Assembly (NCBI GenBank): GCA_944331875.1
Contig: CALVJA010000005.1
Location: forward strand, 24,134 to 88,133
Direction of reading: 5' to 3'
Source of the DNA: an uncultured Clostridia bacterium
GTDB taxonomy: Bacteria; Bacillota; Clostridia; Christensenellales; DTU072
DNA: 64,000 bases
The notes beneath the pieces were generated by a model that was not told where the DNA came from, ran no database searches, and saw only the letters and a program-made list of their open reading frames with translations. Below are positions 63,857-64,000 of the stretch, piece by piece. The position numbers and the translations under genes are program-made. Every line of letters starts with the position of its first letter. Position 1 is the stretch's first letter.

Positions 63857-64000
63857 TGGCGGACAAAATTATGACGATCAAAGACTCTATATATCAGATG
63901 GAGAAGATCCGCGCTAAATATTCGATAAAAGACGGAGCGGAAGATAACATTGCGTCCGCTTTAAAATATATAATCGACAGATTTAAAGATATCGAAAACG
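63856..64000 (+). CDS. 5' end of a further operon gene (helical N-terminus), truncated by the window
   Basis: The TAATG stop/start overlap with the previous gene suggests coupling. Hand translation gives MADKIMTIKDSIYQMEKIRAKYSIKDGAEDNIASALKYIIDRFKDIEN. Confidence 0.5.
   Translation, partial: MADKIMTIKDSIYQMEKIRAKYSIKDGAEDNIASALKYIIDRFKDIEN

Overview
This looks like a chromosomal segment from a moderately GC-rich, endospore-forming Firmicute (Clostridia-like), judged from the gerA/gerB/gerC germination operon and strong GGAGG ribosome-binding sites. No rRNA, tRNA, CRISPR array, transposase or integrase was seen.

Layout:
- 0-13 kb: housekeeping genes (CvpA-like protein, GNAT, a 58-aa 2x[4Fe-4S] ferredoxin missing from the ORF track, P-type ATPase, enoate-reductase-like flavoenzyme, Mrp/ApbC) followed by gerABC.
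- 13-30 kb: tcdA, three paralogous GPH/MFS-type transporters, two BspA-type leucine-rich-repeat surface proteins, an amino-acid ABC transporter, ybaK, a THUMP RNA methyltransferase, a Cys-type sulfatase and an SGNH hydrolase.
- 30.3-41.9 kb: a long co-directional arginine/carbamoyl-phosphate operon, argG-argH-argC-argJ-argB-argF-carA-carB. Its carB is fused in frame to a DapF-like domain in which both catalytic cysteines are replaced by serine.
- 42.6-46.3 kb: a heterodimeric ABC exporter.
- 47.3-48.3 kb: a Fic gene.
- 48.9-54.7 kb: a ~1957-aa membrane-anchored surface protein.
- 54.8-58.2 kb: an SCP2-like protein, a class-III aminotransferase and rmuC.

Four intergenic fields (17.7-18.2, 21.07-21.64, 46.3-47.25 and 48.4-48.75 kb) are filled with a repeat family. 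It includes six elements of 163-164 bp bounded by GTGKCGG...CCGMCAC, with covarying stems and a conserved central loop. A near-identical inverted pair of these elements brackets the Fic gene.

The most interesting region is the right edge. After rmuC there is a visibly AT-rich junction, then a lower-GC, tightly packed operon (58.6 to >64 kb) that runs off the window. By eye it encodes two ~207-aa helical proteins, of which one is Snf7/ESCRT-III-like and the other ends in a MIM1-like motif. These are followed by a Vps4-like AAA ATPase with an MIT-like N-terminus. Next come a cytoplasmic trypsin-like protease, a complete RuvB-like AAA+ ATPase and a further gene, each starting with a related helical (MIT-like) N-terminal domain. 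I interpret this as a candidate bacterial ESCRT-III/Vps4-type hub with MIT-tethered effectors. All domain calls are by-eye motif recognition and need profile or structure confirmation.
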